Shown here: piece after piece, positions 1 to 9,310 of the stretch | Numbering within the stretch: position 1 is the stretch's first letter | Layout: every line of letters begins with the position of its first letter | Source of the DNA: a virus | Taxonomy: Duplodnaviria; Caudoviricetes | DNA length: 53,153 nt | IMG/VR virus record: IMGVR_UViG_3300048590_000075 | Coordinates: 1-53,153 of that record | Strand: one strand, 5' to 3' | Translations under genes and position numbers: made by a program | The notes under the pieces: model-generated | Databases searched by the model: none | What the model was told of the DNA's origin: nothing | What the model saw: the letters and a program-made list of their open reading frames with translations, nothing else

Positions 1-246
1 TCGCCTGATAGGTCAACAGCCCGGACATGGCTTCCTCGCCGAGCATCTGGCGCTGTTCTAGCGGCAGCTTCATCACATCGCCGCCCGCCTCGATCATCTG
101 GAAAGCGGCATCCCTTGCCCCGGCCAGTTCCGCCTTCCGCTCGCCGTCGGCGATGGACTGTTCCAGCGTGATCGCGTCAGCCATCGACTTGCGGATCGCC
201 GGGTCTTCCTCGGCCATCACCGTGTCCCACATCGACGGCCGCTCGC
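1..246. repeat. Terminal direct repeat, copy 1 (circular assembly overlap)
   Basis: 1-246 matches 52908-53153 with 4 mismatches. Confidence 0.95.
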
Positions 247-1378
247 CGATCGGCGATGTCACCGCTTCCGCCGCCCATTCCGGCAGCGTCTCGCGATGGT
301 AGTCCGCGCCCCACGCGCGATCCCCGCCCACATCGAAATGGAGCGCGTTGTCATAGACGCCGATGCCCGAAAACCCGGCCGCCCGTGCCTGCCGGATCAA
401 GTCCTGCCGCTGTTCAACCGACATGCCCGACACATCCACGTCGAAGGCGTTGCCGTGGACATGCTGCGAGCCCTTGGCGCCGCCGACCGCCTCGTTGTGC
501 GCCGCGTCGCGAAATGCCGAGTTGACCTTGAGCGGAAAGCCGATGGCATCCTCAAGCGCCTTGAACGACGCCATTGCCGGCGCCGAGACATTGGCGAACA
601 ACTCCCGGCCCTTCTGCCAGCCGATGAACTCCTTCACCGCTGGCTGAATCTTCGCCTCAAGGTTCACCACGTCCGCCGGCAACATGCTGTCCTGGTTCTG
701 GCGTAGATACTGCATTGCAGCGACAGGATCGGTGGACGCAATGCGGATCGTCTGGTCGTTGTAGACCTTCGACGTTGCCTTCTGCACTTCCAGATCAAGC
801 TTTTCCGGCGCCCATCCCTCATCCACCGCCCGGCCGCGCAACTCGCCCGTGATGAGGCCGATATTCGCCGCCGTGCTGGCGGGATCGGCCAGGCTGTCCT
901 GATATGCGCTCTCGATCCGTGCCGCCGAGGCGCCCGCCACCCACGTCTTGCGCGCGCTTGCCGAATGCGTGTCCACCGACAGCATGGCGCTCTCAATGCG
1001 CCGATCCAGCACGTCCTGCAGTTTCTTCTGTGCCGGCCGCGACAGTCCTTCCATGGCCTTCGACTTGATGCCTTCCAGTTGCCCGACGACCGCCTGACGC
1101 CTCTGGACCGCCGTTCCGCCTTCGAGGTTCATGAACCCGGCCGTCGGATCGTAAAGCAGCCCCCTGATCTGATCGGAGACAAGCGCGTCACGGTCCTTCG
1201 CTTCAGCCGTCGCCTCGCGGTCGATCATCTCGAAGCCGACACGGGACACTTCGTCGCCAAGCGACGTCACCGCGTCCGCCACCGCCGACGCAGCGCGCGG
1301 CGAGACTTGCGCAATGGCCCGTTGCGGCGCCGGGATCGGGCGCCGGCCCATGTCCGCGACTGTCGGAAGCGTAGCCAT
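1..1378 (-). CDS. Internal virion/ejection protein, N-terminal part with peptidase M15-like domain; continues at 52907..52279 (668 aa total)
   Basis: ATG at 1378 overlaps the upstream stop (TGATG). Frame is open to base 1 and in frame with ORF 52279..53139. Contains VNSAFR..HNEAVGGAKGSQHVHGNAFDV..GIGVY..LHFDV. Confidence 0.85.
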   Translation of the reverse strand, partial: MATLPTVADMGRRPIPAPQRAIAQVSPRAASAVADAVTSLGDEVSRVGFEMIDREATAEAKDRDALVSDQIRGLLYDPTAGFMNLEGGTAVQRRQAVVGQLEGIKSKAMEGLSRPAQKKLQDVLDRRIESAMLSVDTHSASARKTWVAGASAARIESAYQDSLADPASTAANIGLITGELRGRAVDEGWAPEKLDLEVQKATSKVYNDQTIRIASTDPVAAMQYLRQNQDSMLPADVVNLEAKIQPAVKEFIGWQKGRELFANVSAPAMASFKALEDAIGFPLKVNSAFRDAAHNEAVGGAKGSQHVHGNAFDVDVSGMSVEQRQDLIRQARAAGFSGIGVYDNALHFDVGGDRAWGADYHRETLPEWAAEAVTSPIGERPSMWDTVMAEEDPAIRKSMADAITLEQSIADGERKAELAGARDAAFQMIEAGGDVMKLPLEQRQMLGEEAMSGLLTYQA

Positions 1379-1857
1379 CAGCCGAAGCGCTCCATGAACG
1401 ACGATCCACCCGCCATAAGCGTCTTGGCCCCGGCCAGAAACCCGGCCCGCTTGTAAGACTTGCCTTCCATCCTTGCCGCCGCTGCCTGTGCCTGCCGGCC
1501 CTTGGCGCGTTCCTCGCCGCCCCATGTCGCCAGCATCTGGCGATAGGTGCCTTCCTCCTCGATGTCGCCGAGAAGCCCGATGTCCTGCCCGCCGCCGCTC
1601 GCCGCCGCCACCGCGCGCGCACGGCTCGCCACAAGGCGCTTCTGTTTTGCTTCCTGTTCGGCCTCAAGCGATGCGGAAGCGCGCTCTGCCGTCGCCTGGG
1701 CTTCGAGTTGCCGTGCCTGAAAGTCGGCCGTCGCCTTCTGCGCGTTGCCGGATGCGATCGACCCGGCGGCCGAAACCACGGAACCACCCGCCGCGAGAAC
1801 CTGACTGAGCGTCGCGCCCTTGATCGCGCCGACCGCAGCCGCGAATAGCTGTGCCAT
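1378..1857 (-). CDS. Small internal virion/ejection protein
   Basis: Ala/Gly-rich hydrophobic N-terminus plus coiled coil; lies after the tail tube genes as in podoviruses. Confidence 0.7.
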   Translation of the reverse strand: MAQLFAAAVGAIKGATLSQVLAAGGSVVSAAGSIASGNAQKATADFQARQLEAQATAERASASLEAEQEAKQKRLVASRARAVAAASGGGQDIGLLGDIEEEGTYRQMLATWGGEERAKGRQAQAAAARMEGKSYKRAGFLAGAKTLMAGGSSFMERFG

Positions 1858-1860
1858 ATC

Positions 1861-2199
1861 CTACCTCGGCTCGTATTTGTAGACGTTGCCGGCGACATGC
1901 CGCCAGCCAAGGCGCAACAGCATCGGCCCGGATGTCTCCGTGCATTCACAGAATGCCGGAAAGTCGATCATGGCCATCAACTGCTTCGCCTTCCGCCAGA
2001 CCGTCATCTTCGCCACACCGGGCTTCAGGTCACTGAACACAACCATATGCTCGCCAGCAACCCGCCAGCCCGCCATGCCGACAACCTCGCCATCGACTTC
2101 AAGCACCCACGCCCGCACCGCGTGATCCGGCTGGCGCCCATGGAACGCGTCGAAGTCCTCCGACCGCGCCGGCCTACTCGTTATCGTGCCGGTCGACAT
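1861..2199 (-). CDS. GNAT-like virion assembly protein (T7 gp13-like position)
   Basis: RPARSED..VDGEVVGMAG..LLRLGW pattern; synteny. Confidence 0.55.
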   Translation of the reverse strand: MSTGTITSRPARSEDFDAFHGRQPDHAVRAWVLEVDGEVVGMAGWRVAGEHMVVFSDLKPGVAKMTVWRKAKQLMAMIDFPAFCECTETSGPMLLRLGWRHVAGNVYKYEPR

Positions 2200-4828
2200 T
2201 GATCACCGCCGCCAGAACGGTGCAGGGCCGCGGCGCATTGGCGACCAGGCAGATGCGGTTGTCGGTATCCCAGTCGCCGGGAAACTCGATCATGTCCTGA
2301 TCGTAGGCCGCCCATACCGTGCCATCCGCCACGTCATCACCATCCTCGACAAGCGGCAGATCGTCCAGTGTGTTGAAGTCAGGCCCGAACTGAAGCCCCT
2401 GAGCGTGCGTGTCCGCCAAGAGCAGACCGATCTTGTTGACACGTGTGCGCTGCGTCAGGGATACGCCCATGCCGGTCTGGCCGATCAGCTTGGCGCTGCG
2501 ATAGCGCGCCTGATAGCCGAGTCCGGCGCACCATGTCGTGAAACTGGCCGTGAGCGTCGGCAGGGCGCCAGCCACAACCGCGTGCGTGCCCTGATCCGCG
2601 CCATCCGCCCACACCACCACGTCCTTGCCTTCCAGATGCGCCAGCCCCGACACGACGCCCGTCCCGGTGATGGAGCTGTCCGCGAGAAGACTGAGCGCGC
2701 CACCGGCACATTCGTCGATCCGCGCCAGTTCCTCATGATACCGCACGTCAACCCCGCCAATGGTGCGGCGCACCCGGAAGAACACACGATCCTCGATCAC
2801 CGCCGGCAGCACACATACATCCTCGATCACTCCGTCCGTCTCAAGCGGCACCCAGCACACGACATTCTCCGCATCGTCGCGCACCAGGAGCGCCACCGTC
2901 CCGTCCGACAGCACGCAGTAGAGGCGAAAGTCAGGCTCTTCCTGGGCTGCGATCTTGACGATGCCCGCGCCGGAGACTTCCGGCACGAGAATGTTCATCT
3001 TCGTCGCCGCGTAGTCGATCCCGGTCTGATCCGGGCGCAACTCATAGAGGCTGATCGTGTCGCCGCCCACGAAATAACCGACCTTGCCGGAAATGGCCGG
3101 CATCAGCGCAGCGGCTCCCTTCCCGGTAGCCGTCTTGACGTTGTAGTTCGACGGCGTGATCGGCTCGTCAAGCGACGACGACCGCACCACCTGCACCATT
3201 GCGCTTGTGCCGACGAACATCCGCTCGATCGCCATCGCCCAATTCACGTCGAACCCGGCCGCGTCGGAGACCGTGCGGTTGATCGGCGCGGCGTCTCCCT
3301 CATAGTCTGGATCGAACGACGCATAGGCGTCCGAGATCGACCCGAAGGCGCGGCCATTGCCGAACCACCATAGCCGGCCCTGCGATATTTCCACCGCACT
3401 CGGCCAGCCCCGCCAGTCCGACCACGCGCCTTCCGCCCAGATCGTCGTGGCGGAGTTGTCGCCCAAGTCCTTCAGCACGATCGCGCTGGCCGATGTTGCC
3501 GACGTGTAGCCCGTGATCCGCACCACGCCGATGATCGATCCAGCCGAAAATTCGAGGGTTACGTCTGCCGCCCCCGATGTGTAGTCGCCAGCATCGAACC
3601 CCATCCGGTAATAGGCTACCGTGTTGTCAAGCCCATCCGCGTAGTTCGCCGTGCCGTTGGCGGTATAGGTGTTCACCGTCACCCATGCGCCGACATCGCC
3701 GATGGAGCGCTGAAGCCTGAGCGTCCCCGCCCATGTGCCGGCAATGGTGAAGGTGAAGCGCCTGTCCGCGCCGACGCCAGTCACCCGAATGGGGTTGGTA
3801 TAGGCCAGATCAGCCACCAGAAGCCCCTTGACGCGCTGGCCCTGCGACGTGAGACGCCAGAGCGCCCCGACATGCGACGACCGGAACAGCGGCTGCGTCG
3901 CCGTGAGCGTGATAGCCCCGGAAATGGCCGACGGCGTGATCGACACGCTATCGACGTTCTCCACCAGGAACGGCCCGTCGTTCGCCTCGTAGAGCACGAG
4001 CGACCATGAATTGTTGTCGCGCCGCTCGATCCGCCGTTGCTGAACATTGGACGCGACGAAGATCACATCTCCGCTCTGGCGCCAGCGCAGCGTCTTGTTG
4101 TCGGCCGCCGTCGGCCATGGCGTCGGCAGCGTCACGACGCCGCTTTCAATGGCGATGCTGTCCACCAGCACCGGGTATTTCAGGATCGACGAAAACTCGA
4201 CATGGATCGTCGCGTTGCCGGATGGGTTGACGGCGATGCTGTGAACGCCCGTGCGCAGCACGATCTGCCGGAACACGTCATCCGCGCCGGCCGACGAGCC
4301 GATTCGCAGAACGACCGGACCACGCTGCACCGTGATCCGCAGCCCGTGAACCGTGCCGGTCTCCGTGACGCTGATTGACTGGCGCTGGCGCGCCGCAGAG
4401 AACCCGGTCCCGAGCAGCCGCATGTAGCCGCCGGACGACCATATCGAGGAAGCGCCAGCCTCATCCGCCGATGTCCACCCAGACAAATCGCTGTCGAACG
4501 TCCCGTTCGTGATCGTTGCGGCAACTGTCGGGCGACTAACCCGTGTCTCCCCATCGTCCCATATCCGCATCCCGAAGGACGACAGTTCCAGAATGGCGGT
4601 ATCGTCGCGGGAAAACACGAAGGGGATGTAGGAACCATCACCGCCCACCGTCGCGCCCGGCCCGTGCTTCTTCATGCCCGGCCGCAGCGACATCGGCCCA
4701 AGCACCCGCGGCAGCCAGTTCGTCTGTTCCTCGGCCGACAGCCGCACCCGCTCCACATCGACCCGCGCCACCGCCATCCGGCCGATCAGACCGCGGTTGA
4801 ACGTGGCGAGAATGTCGCGCGTCTTCAT
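2174..4828 (-). CDS. Tail tubular protein B / nozzle
   Basis: 884 aa, N-terminal FNRG motif, WPSAV..QGRLW; follows the adaptor gene. Confidence 0.8.
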   Translation of the reverse strand: MKTRDILATFNRGLIGRMAVARVDVERVRLSAEEQTNWLPRVLGPMSLRPGMKKHGPGATVGGDGSYIPFVFSRDDTAILELSSFGMRIWDDGETRVSRPTVAATITNGTFDSDLSGWTSADEAGASSIWSSGGYMRLLGTGFSAARQRQSISVTETGTVHGLRITVQRGPVVLRIGSSAGADDVFRQIVLRTGVHSIAVNPSGNATIHVEFSSILKYPVLVDSIAIESGVVTLPTPWPTAADNKTLRWRQSGDVIFVASNVQQRRIERRDNNSWSLVLYEANDGPFLVENVDSVSITPSAISGAITLTATQPLFRSSHVGALWRLTSQGQRVKGLLVADLAYTNPIRVTGVGADRRFTFTIAGTWAGTLRLQRSIGDVGAWVTVNTYTANGTANYADGLDNTVAYYRMGFDAGDYTSGAADVTLEFSAGSIIGVVRITGYTSATSASAIVLKDLGDNSATTIWAEGAWSDWRGWPSAVEISQGRLWWFGNGRAFGSISDAYASFDPDYEGDAAPINRTVSDAAGFDVNWAMAIERMFVGTSAMVQVVRSSSLDEPITPSNYNVKTATGKGAAALMPAISGKVGYFVGGDTISLYELRPDQTGIDYAATKMNILVPEVSGAGIVKIAAQEEPDFRLYCVLSDGTVALLVRDDAENVVCWVPLETDGVIEDVCVLPAVIEDRVFFRVRRTIGGVDVRYHEELARIDECAGGALSLLADSSITGTGVVSGLAHLEGKDVVVWADGADQGTHAVVAGALPTLTASFTTWCAGLGYQARYRSAKLIGQTGMGVSLTQRTRVNKIGLLLADTHAQGLQFGPDFNTLDDLPLVEDGDDVADGTVWAAYDQDMIEFPGDWDTDNRICLVANAPRPCTVLAAVINVDRHDNE

Positions 4829-5469
4829 CTGATCCGCGACCCGCGATCATAGTTGCCGCCGCGAGACGACGCCCACGCACCGACCGGACGAAACTTGACA
4901 CCTTCCTGCATGGCATCCGTCGACTTCGCCTGCGCCAGGTATTTGCGCTGATCCCGCTCGATCAGTTGCAGCTTGGTGTCCGAGTTGGTGATGCGCTCGC
5001 ACGATTCAAGCGCCATGCATGTCTCGAGATAGTAGCGGAAGCTCTCCGTCCACCGCGACGAGTCATGGCCGTAGCTGCCATGCGACGACACATAGCGGAT
5101 GAAGATCGTGTCGTTGTCAGACAGCCAGTATCCGCCTTCGTCGGTGTATTCCTCGGCCGTGAGCGGGCGGCGGAAATATTCGTCCGCCGACAGTCCGGCC
5201 AGGCGCCGGAAGTCGTCCGGCTTGTCAAATGCCCGGCGAAACCCGAAGCCGGGCGTAATGCTCGCGTTGTAGGCACCCTGCACCGATCGAATGGCAAAGT
5301 TCCACTCGCCGCGCTCAAGCGCGTAGTTGACCAGCGCGCCATTGTTCCAGATGCCATCCAGCACCCGCCGCGGCTCGCGGTTTTCCGTAAGCGAGGCCAG
5401 CCGGCGCGAACCAAGGCGCCGCAGCGCCCCGTTGTAGACATCCAGCCGGTCGCTGTTGGTGATCGCCAT
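4825..5469 (-). CDS. Tail tubular protein A / head-tail adaptor
   Basis: NGALRRLG..WNFA..PDDF motifs; 214 aa. Confidence 0.8.
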   Translation of the reverse strand: MAITNSDRLDVYNGALRRLGSRRLASLTENREPRRVLDGIWNNGALVNYALERGEWNFAIRSVQGAYNASITPGFGFRRAFDKPDDFRRLAGLSADEYFRRPLTAEEYTDEGGYWLSDNDTIFIRYVSSHGSYGHDSSRWTESFRYYLETCMALESCERITNSDTKLQLIERDQRKYLAQAKSTDAMQEGVKFRPVGAWASSRGGNYDRGSRIR

Positions 5470-5470
5470 G

Positions 5471-5923
5471 TCAGGCCGCAGCTTTCACATGGTTCAAGAT
5501 CCAGCGTTCCGCCTGTTCCCGAGTCTGGAAGTGATCCTTGACCACTTCGTTGTTGTCCCTGCGATGGACGCGGAACATGACGGACGGCGATCCGTACTTG
5601 GCATAGTAGGGCGCGTCGGCCGCAGCGATGGCTTCATGGCCACCGATTTCGGTGAACTCGATCATCTGCACGATCGCTTCCACCCGGCCGACCGCGCGCA
5701 CGAATACAACCGCGCGCCACGCCATATCCTCCGGGATGATCTTCACCTCGTCACACGGACGAAGTTTCTTGGCAACATGCGCCCACCATCCCGGTTGCAG
5801 CACGTCGTCCATCGTCGTCGTCGCCGGGACGAAGATCGCATAGCGCTGCGTGTAGTGCGCTTCAAGGTTGAGTTGCATCGGCCGCTGCACCTGGCGAGCC
5901 GGCGACTTCACTGCGTCGGTCAT
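5471..5923 (-). CDS. Hypothetical protein (structural operon)
   Basis: GAGG RBS, co-oriented, tightly packed. Confidence 0.7.
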   Translation of the reverse strand: MTDAVKSPARQVQRPMQLNLEAHYTQRYAIFVPATTTMDDVLQPGWWAHVAKKLRPCDEVKIIPEDMAWRAVVFVRAVGRVEAIVQMIEFTEIGGHEAIAAADAPYYAKYGSPSVMFRVHRRDNNEVVKDHFQTREQAERWILNHVKAAA

Positions 5924-5954
5924 GGAAAAACCTCATGAAGAAGGAGGGAGGGAT

Positions 5955-5975
5955 GCGGGGCCATGACAGCCCCGC
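5955..5975 (-). terminator. Hairpin after the second decoration gene
   Basis: GCGGGGC/GCCCCGC stem followed by a pyrimidine tract. Confidence 0.4.
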
Positions 5976-5981
5976 CTCATA

Positions 5982-6719
5982 TCAGTAGCCCCACATCGTG
6001 ATGGCGAACTTGCCCGCCGTGTAGGGCGCGTTGGCCGTGCCTTGCCCCACAAGGTAGAGGAACGCATCCGCAGCCGGCATGTTGGCGAAGAAGGACGTTG
6101 TGCCGAGCGACTGCGTTCCGGCGTTGATGATCTGCGTTCCCGAAAGCGTCGAGATCGCCACATCCTCAACCCCGGTTCCCGCAGCGGCCGAATAGAGATC
6201 GATGTCGGCATCTCCACCGATCGGAGCCTCAAGACACACCATACGGCCGGCAAAGATGGCGCCATTCCGCGCATCCGTGATCTGCGTGACATAGGCCACA
6301 CCAGCTCCATTGGTGCCGATGATGTCCCCGGCCGTGCCGCCGGAATTGAGGCCAGTCAGGTCCAAGATCAGCGTTGTTTCGATATAGTCGCCCTTCGGCA
6401 CGACGGACGACTTCATGACCGTGCCGGTCCCGCCGGTGATGCCGACCCCGGCCGCGCCTGCCTTCTGCGAGGCCGAGAGCGTGGCCGCGCCAGCCGCCAT
6501 TGACGACACCGTGAGCAACGCCGTGGCATAGCCGTTGTCGGTTTCCGAGATCACGACAGCATCGCCGACCCGAAGGCCGACGTTCTGCGCATTGGAGATG
6601 TAGCCGGCCCCGAGCACGACCGAAAGTGCATCGGTCGTGGCAAAGGCCCAGAGGGCCGGGGTGGCCCCGTCGTCCGCCGAAGCCAGAAGCCGCGGCGGGT
6701 AAGCGGTGTTGTAAGCCAT
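5982..6719 (-). CDS. Capsid decoration/spike protein (N-terminal domain paralogous to 6781..7041)
   Basis: MAY..PP.L..W..YI.NA..G...GD.V..NG.AT shared with the upstream gene. Confidence 0.6.
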   Translation of the reverse strand: MAYNTAYPPRLLASADDGATPALWAFATTDALSVVLGAGYISNAQNVGLRVGDAVVISETDNGYATALLTVSSMAAGAATLSASQKAGAAGVGITGGTGTVMKSSVVPKGDYIETTLILDLTGLNSGGTAGDIIGTNGAGVAYVTQITDARNGAIFAGRMVCLEAPIGGDADIDLYSAAAGTGVEDVAISTLSGTQIINAGTQSLGTTSFFANMPAADAFLYLVGQGTANAPYTAGKFAITMWGY

Positions 6720-6734
6720 AGCGGCCTCCGTTGC

Positions 6735-6771
6735 TGAAAATGATGCGGCAGGGCCGTCGCAGCCCTGCCGC
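6735..6771 (-). terminator. Intrinsic terminator after capsid/decoration genes
   Basis: 10-bp stem GCGGCAGGGC/GCCCTGCCGC followed by ATCATTTTC on the minus strand. Confidence 0.6.
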
Positions 6772-6780
6772 GCGCCGCCG

Positions 6781-7041
6781 TCAGGTGATGGCGGTCAGGG
6801 CCGTCAGGGTGCCGTTGCCGTCAACGTCGACCGTGACCTGCGCCATGGTGGCGAGGCCGTTGGTCGTGTCGATCACATGCACGAAGTCGCCGGTCGCCAT
6901 GCCAAGGTCGCGGGCATTGGTGATGTAGTCGGTGTCATCGAACGCCGTTTCCGGGTCCGCCGACTTGTACATCCACACTTGACCGCGACCACCGACCCCG
7001 GACGAGATCAGGGCCGGGGGGTTGGAAGCCGAGTAAGCCAT
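6781..7041 (-). CDS. Capsid decoration protein
   Basis: 86 aa, directly after the major capsid gene, GGAGG RBS. Confidence 0.6.
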   Translation of the reverse strand: MAYSASNPPALISSGVGGRGQVWMYKSADPETAFDDTDYITNARDLGMATGDFVHVIDTTNGLATMAQVTVDVDGNGTLTALTAIT

Positions 7042-7054
7042 GTGTCAGCCCTCC

Positions 7055-7903
7055 TTAGGCCGGAACGAAGGCGGACCCGTCGTGGTTCATCACGACGATA
7101 CCGCTGTTTTGCAGGATTTGGCTGCCCATGTAGACCGAGCACCGCGCCCACGACACGTCCTGCTTCTCGTCGTAGCCAACCGGCGACATGAGCCCGCCGG
7201 AGTTGACGGCATGGCCGATCGCAGACTTGTGGAACATGAAGCACTTTTCAGCATTGGTGCCCTTTCCCGGAAGGTTCGGGTGAACGATCCAGTTGACGCC
7301 GAGCCACTGGCGCACCTTCGGCCGATCCGACCACGCGCTCGCGTTGGCCGTGACAGGCTTCAGGTCCACGTAGTCGGCGCTGGCGTAGCTCTTGACCTTG
7401 AGCAGGTAGCCGTTGAACGCCGGAGTGACGACAGCGAACACGTTGTTGTCCCACGGCACATCGGCATTCTGAAGGATCGTGAGCGAACGGATCGCCACGT
7501 CTTCGGACGCCGGCGACGCGGTGCCGGTATTGACCGTGCCGGTGTTGAGTTCGGTGATGATGTCCGCGTCGATCTTGCGGTTGATCACCGCCATCGCGTC
7601 GCGTTGCATCAGCTCGCGCTGGTTGCCCTGAGACGCGAAGATGTTGAACCCGGTCTTTTCGACAAGCCGATGCCACTCGACCAGCGTCGCCGTGTATTGC
7701 GTGCTGTCGGTGATGCCGGCCGGGATCAGACCATTCACGCCGCGCGTGGTGGCTTCGCCACCGGAGCCAGCGACCAGGAACTCGGCCTGATTGCCCTTGA
7801 TGACGACTTCAGTCGTCACAGTATCGCGCAGGAGCGATTGATGCTGCTCGAAAACAGCGATCATTTCCTGCCGGTACTGCTTCTGGAAAGCAGTGTCTGC
7901 CAT
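7055..7903 (-). CDS. Major capsid protein
   Basis: 282 aa after the scaffold; AF.KQY..E..FEQ..S.LR N-terminus and FHKSAIGHA C-terminal motif; strong codon bias. Confidence 0.85.
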   Translation of the reverse strand: MADTAFQKQYRQEMIAVFEQHQSLLRDTVTTEVVIKGNQAEFLVAGSGGEATTRGVNGLIPAGITDSTQYTATLVEWHRLVEKTGFNIFASQGNQRELMQRDAMAVINRKIDADIITELNTGTVNTGTASPASEDVAIRSLTILQNADVPWDNNVFAVVTPAFNGYLLKVKSYASADYVDLKPVTANASAWSDRPKVRQWLGVNWIVHPNLPGKGTNAEKCFMFHKSAIGHAVNSGGLMSPVGYDEKQDVSWARCSVYMGSQILQNSGIVVMNHDGSAFVPA

Positions 7904-8055
7904 TGGATTACCTCATGGGTTGAAGGAGAGGCACATCCGACGCAGGGTATCCGAACGGCCGGCGGGCTCTTGCGAGGGTATCCGCCGCCCGCACGGGGCG
8001 TTGTCTTTCGTGCTGTCTGTCTTTGGTTTCGACGGGGCCGTTGCCGGGGTGTCCA
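7904..8055 (-). promoter_or_regulatory. Structured 5' leader of the capsid gene
   Basis: Repeated GGA(C/T)ACCC motifs and GCAA-tetraloop hairpins. Confidence 0.45.
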
Positions 8056-9027
8056 TCAGCGAGATGCCAGCTTCTCCTGGGCATCGTAGAGTGTGCGAAG
8101 GCGTTCTTGTGCCTTCGCGTCCTTGTTGTAGGCGGCGCGATCTTCGCGCATGTATTTCTCGATCTTGGCGACCTCTTCGGCCACGCTGTCCGCCTGCGAG
8201 CCGCCGCCCGCTGGGGCCACGAATCCGGCCGGGTTTTCCCGGTTGGCCATGTCCGCCATCCAGCGCAGGAACGCCGGGTTGTCGCCGAGCAACCGGCCGT
8301 CCGGTGTGCGCGCACCGCGCAGCATGTCTCCGAGCGTCACATCAGCGCCGGACTCGTCCTTGCCGACGACCGGCGCTGCGTCGAGGAAGTTCTTCACGGA
8401 ATTAAGCGTCATGCGGTAGTCGCCGCCGAACTCGCCGCGCAACTCATCCTCTGCCGCGACGCGAAATTCCTTGTCCGACTGCGCCGCGGCGGCGACCTTC
8501 GCCTCTTCGGTCTTGTAATACCAGTCGAGCGCCGCGCCGACGAAGGCCGGCGGCATGTTCGCGGCGTGCGCCGATTCAAGGAACGACCCGGCAATTTCCT
8601 TGTCAGCCTCGCCAATCACCAGCCCGTTCGGCAGGCTTTCAAGGTAGCCATCGGCCTTTTCCGGCACGCCGATCTGCTTGCGGTAAGCCGCCACGTCCTC
8701 CGGGCTTGCGTCCTTCGCCAGCGCTGGTTGCGCATGGCCGGCCGAAATCTTCTTCTGTGCCTCGCGCAAAGCCTTTGCCACGTCCAGAGGCGACTTGTAG
8801 CGGTCGAGCGACTTCATCGCGTCCTTGTCGTCGCCGGCCATGCGGGTGCGCCAGTCGGCGGGCCAGTCGGCCGGCGCAGCGGCTGGCTTGTCGCCACCGC
8901 CACCATCCGCCAGCGACTTGCCAGCACCCGCCGGTGCGGCACCATCGGCAGGTGCGGCAGGCTCACTCTTCGGTGCATCCGACGGGTTTCCGCCATCAAG
9001 CGGCGCGTCGATCACGTCATCGGGCAT
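8056..9027 (-). CDS. Capsid scaffolding protein
   Basis: Pro/Ala-rich acidic N-terminus and helical body; lies between portal and capsid. Confidence 0.75.
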   Translation of the reverse strand: MPDDVIDAPLDGGNPSDAPKSEPAAPADGAAPAGAGKSLADGGGGDKPAAAPADWPADWRTRMAGDDKDAMKSLDRYKSPLDVAKALREAQKKISAGHAQPALAKDASPEDVAAYRKQIGVPEKADGYLESLPNGLVIGEADKEIAGSFLESAHAANMPPAFVGAALDWYYKTEEAKVAAAAQSDKEFRVAAEDELRGEFGGDYRMTLNSVKNFLDAAPVVGKDESGADVTLGDMLRGARTPDGRLLGDNPAFLRWMADMANRENPAGFVAPAGGGSQADSVAEEVAKIEKYMREDRAAYNKDAKAQERLRTLYDAQEKLASR

Positions 9028-9310
9028 TCTGCTTCCTCATTTCAGCCACCAGTCGCGGCGGCAGGTTGACCATCTTGACGACCTGAAGTCCGACGAAGCG
9101 CCGACCCTCTCCGAATGCCGTCTCTCTCTCGCCCCCGTCGCTGTCCGAGCGGAAGGAAAGCTCATAGGTGCCGGCGGCCGTCGTGATCAGCCAGTCCAGC
9201 GCCAGCTTCTGTTGAATATCGTTGGCGGTTCCCGTCGCCAGCGACTTGAACGCCAGCACGACTGCCTCGCTGTAGTCCACCGGCTTCCATGCCGGATCGC
9301 GCGGTTTCAT
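9017..9310 (-). CDS. Bbp19-like protein
   Basis: ETAFGEGRRFVGLQ motif; directly after the portal. Confidence 0.7.
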   Translation of the reverse strand: MKPRDPAWKPVDYSEAVVLAFKSLATGTANDIQQKLALDWLITTAAGTYELSFRSDSDGGERETAFGEGRRFVGLQVVKMVNLPPRLVAEMRKQNAR

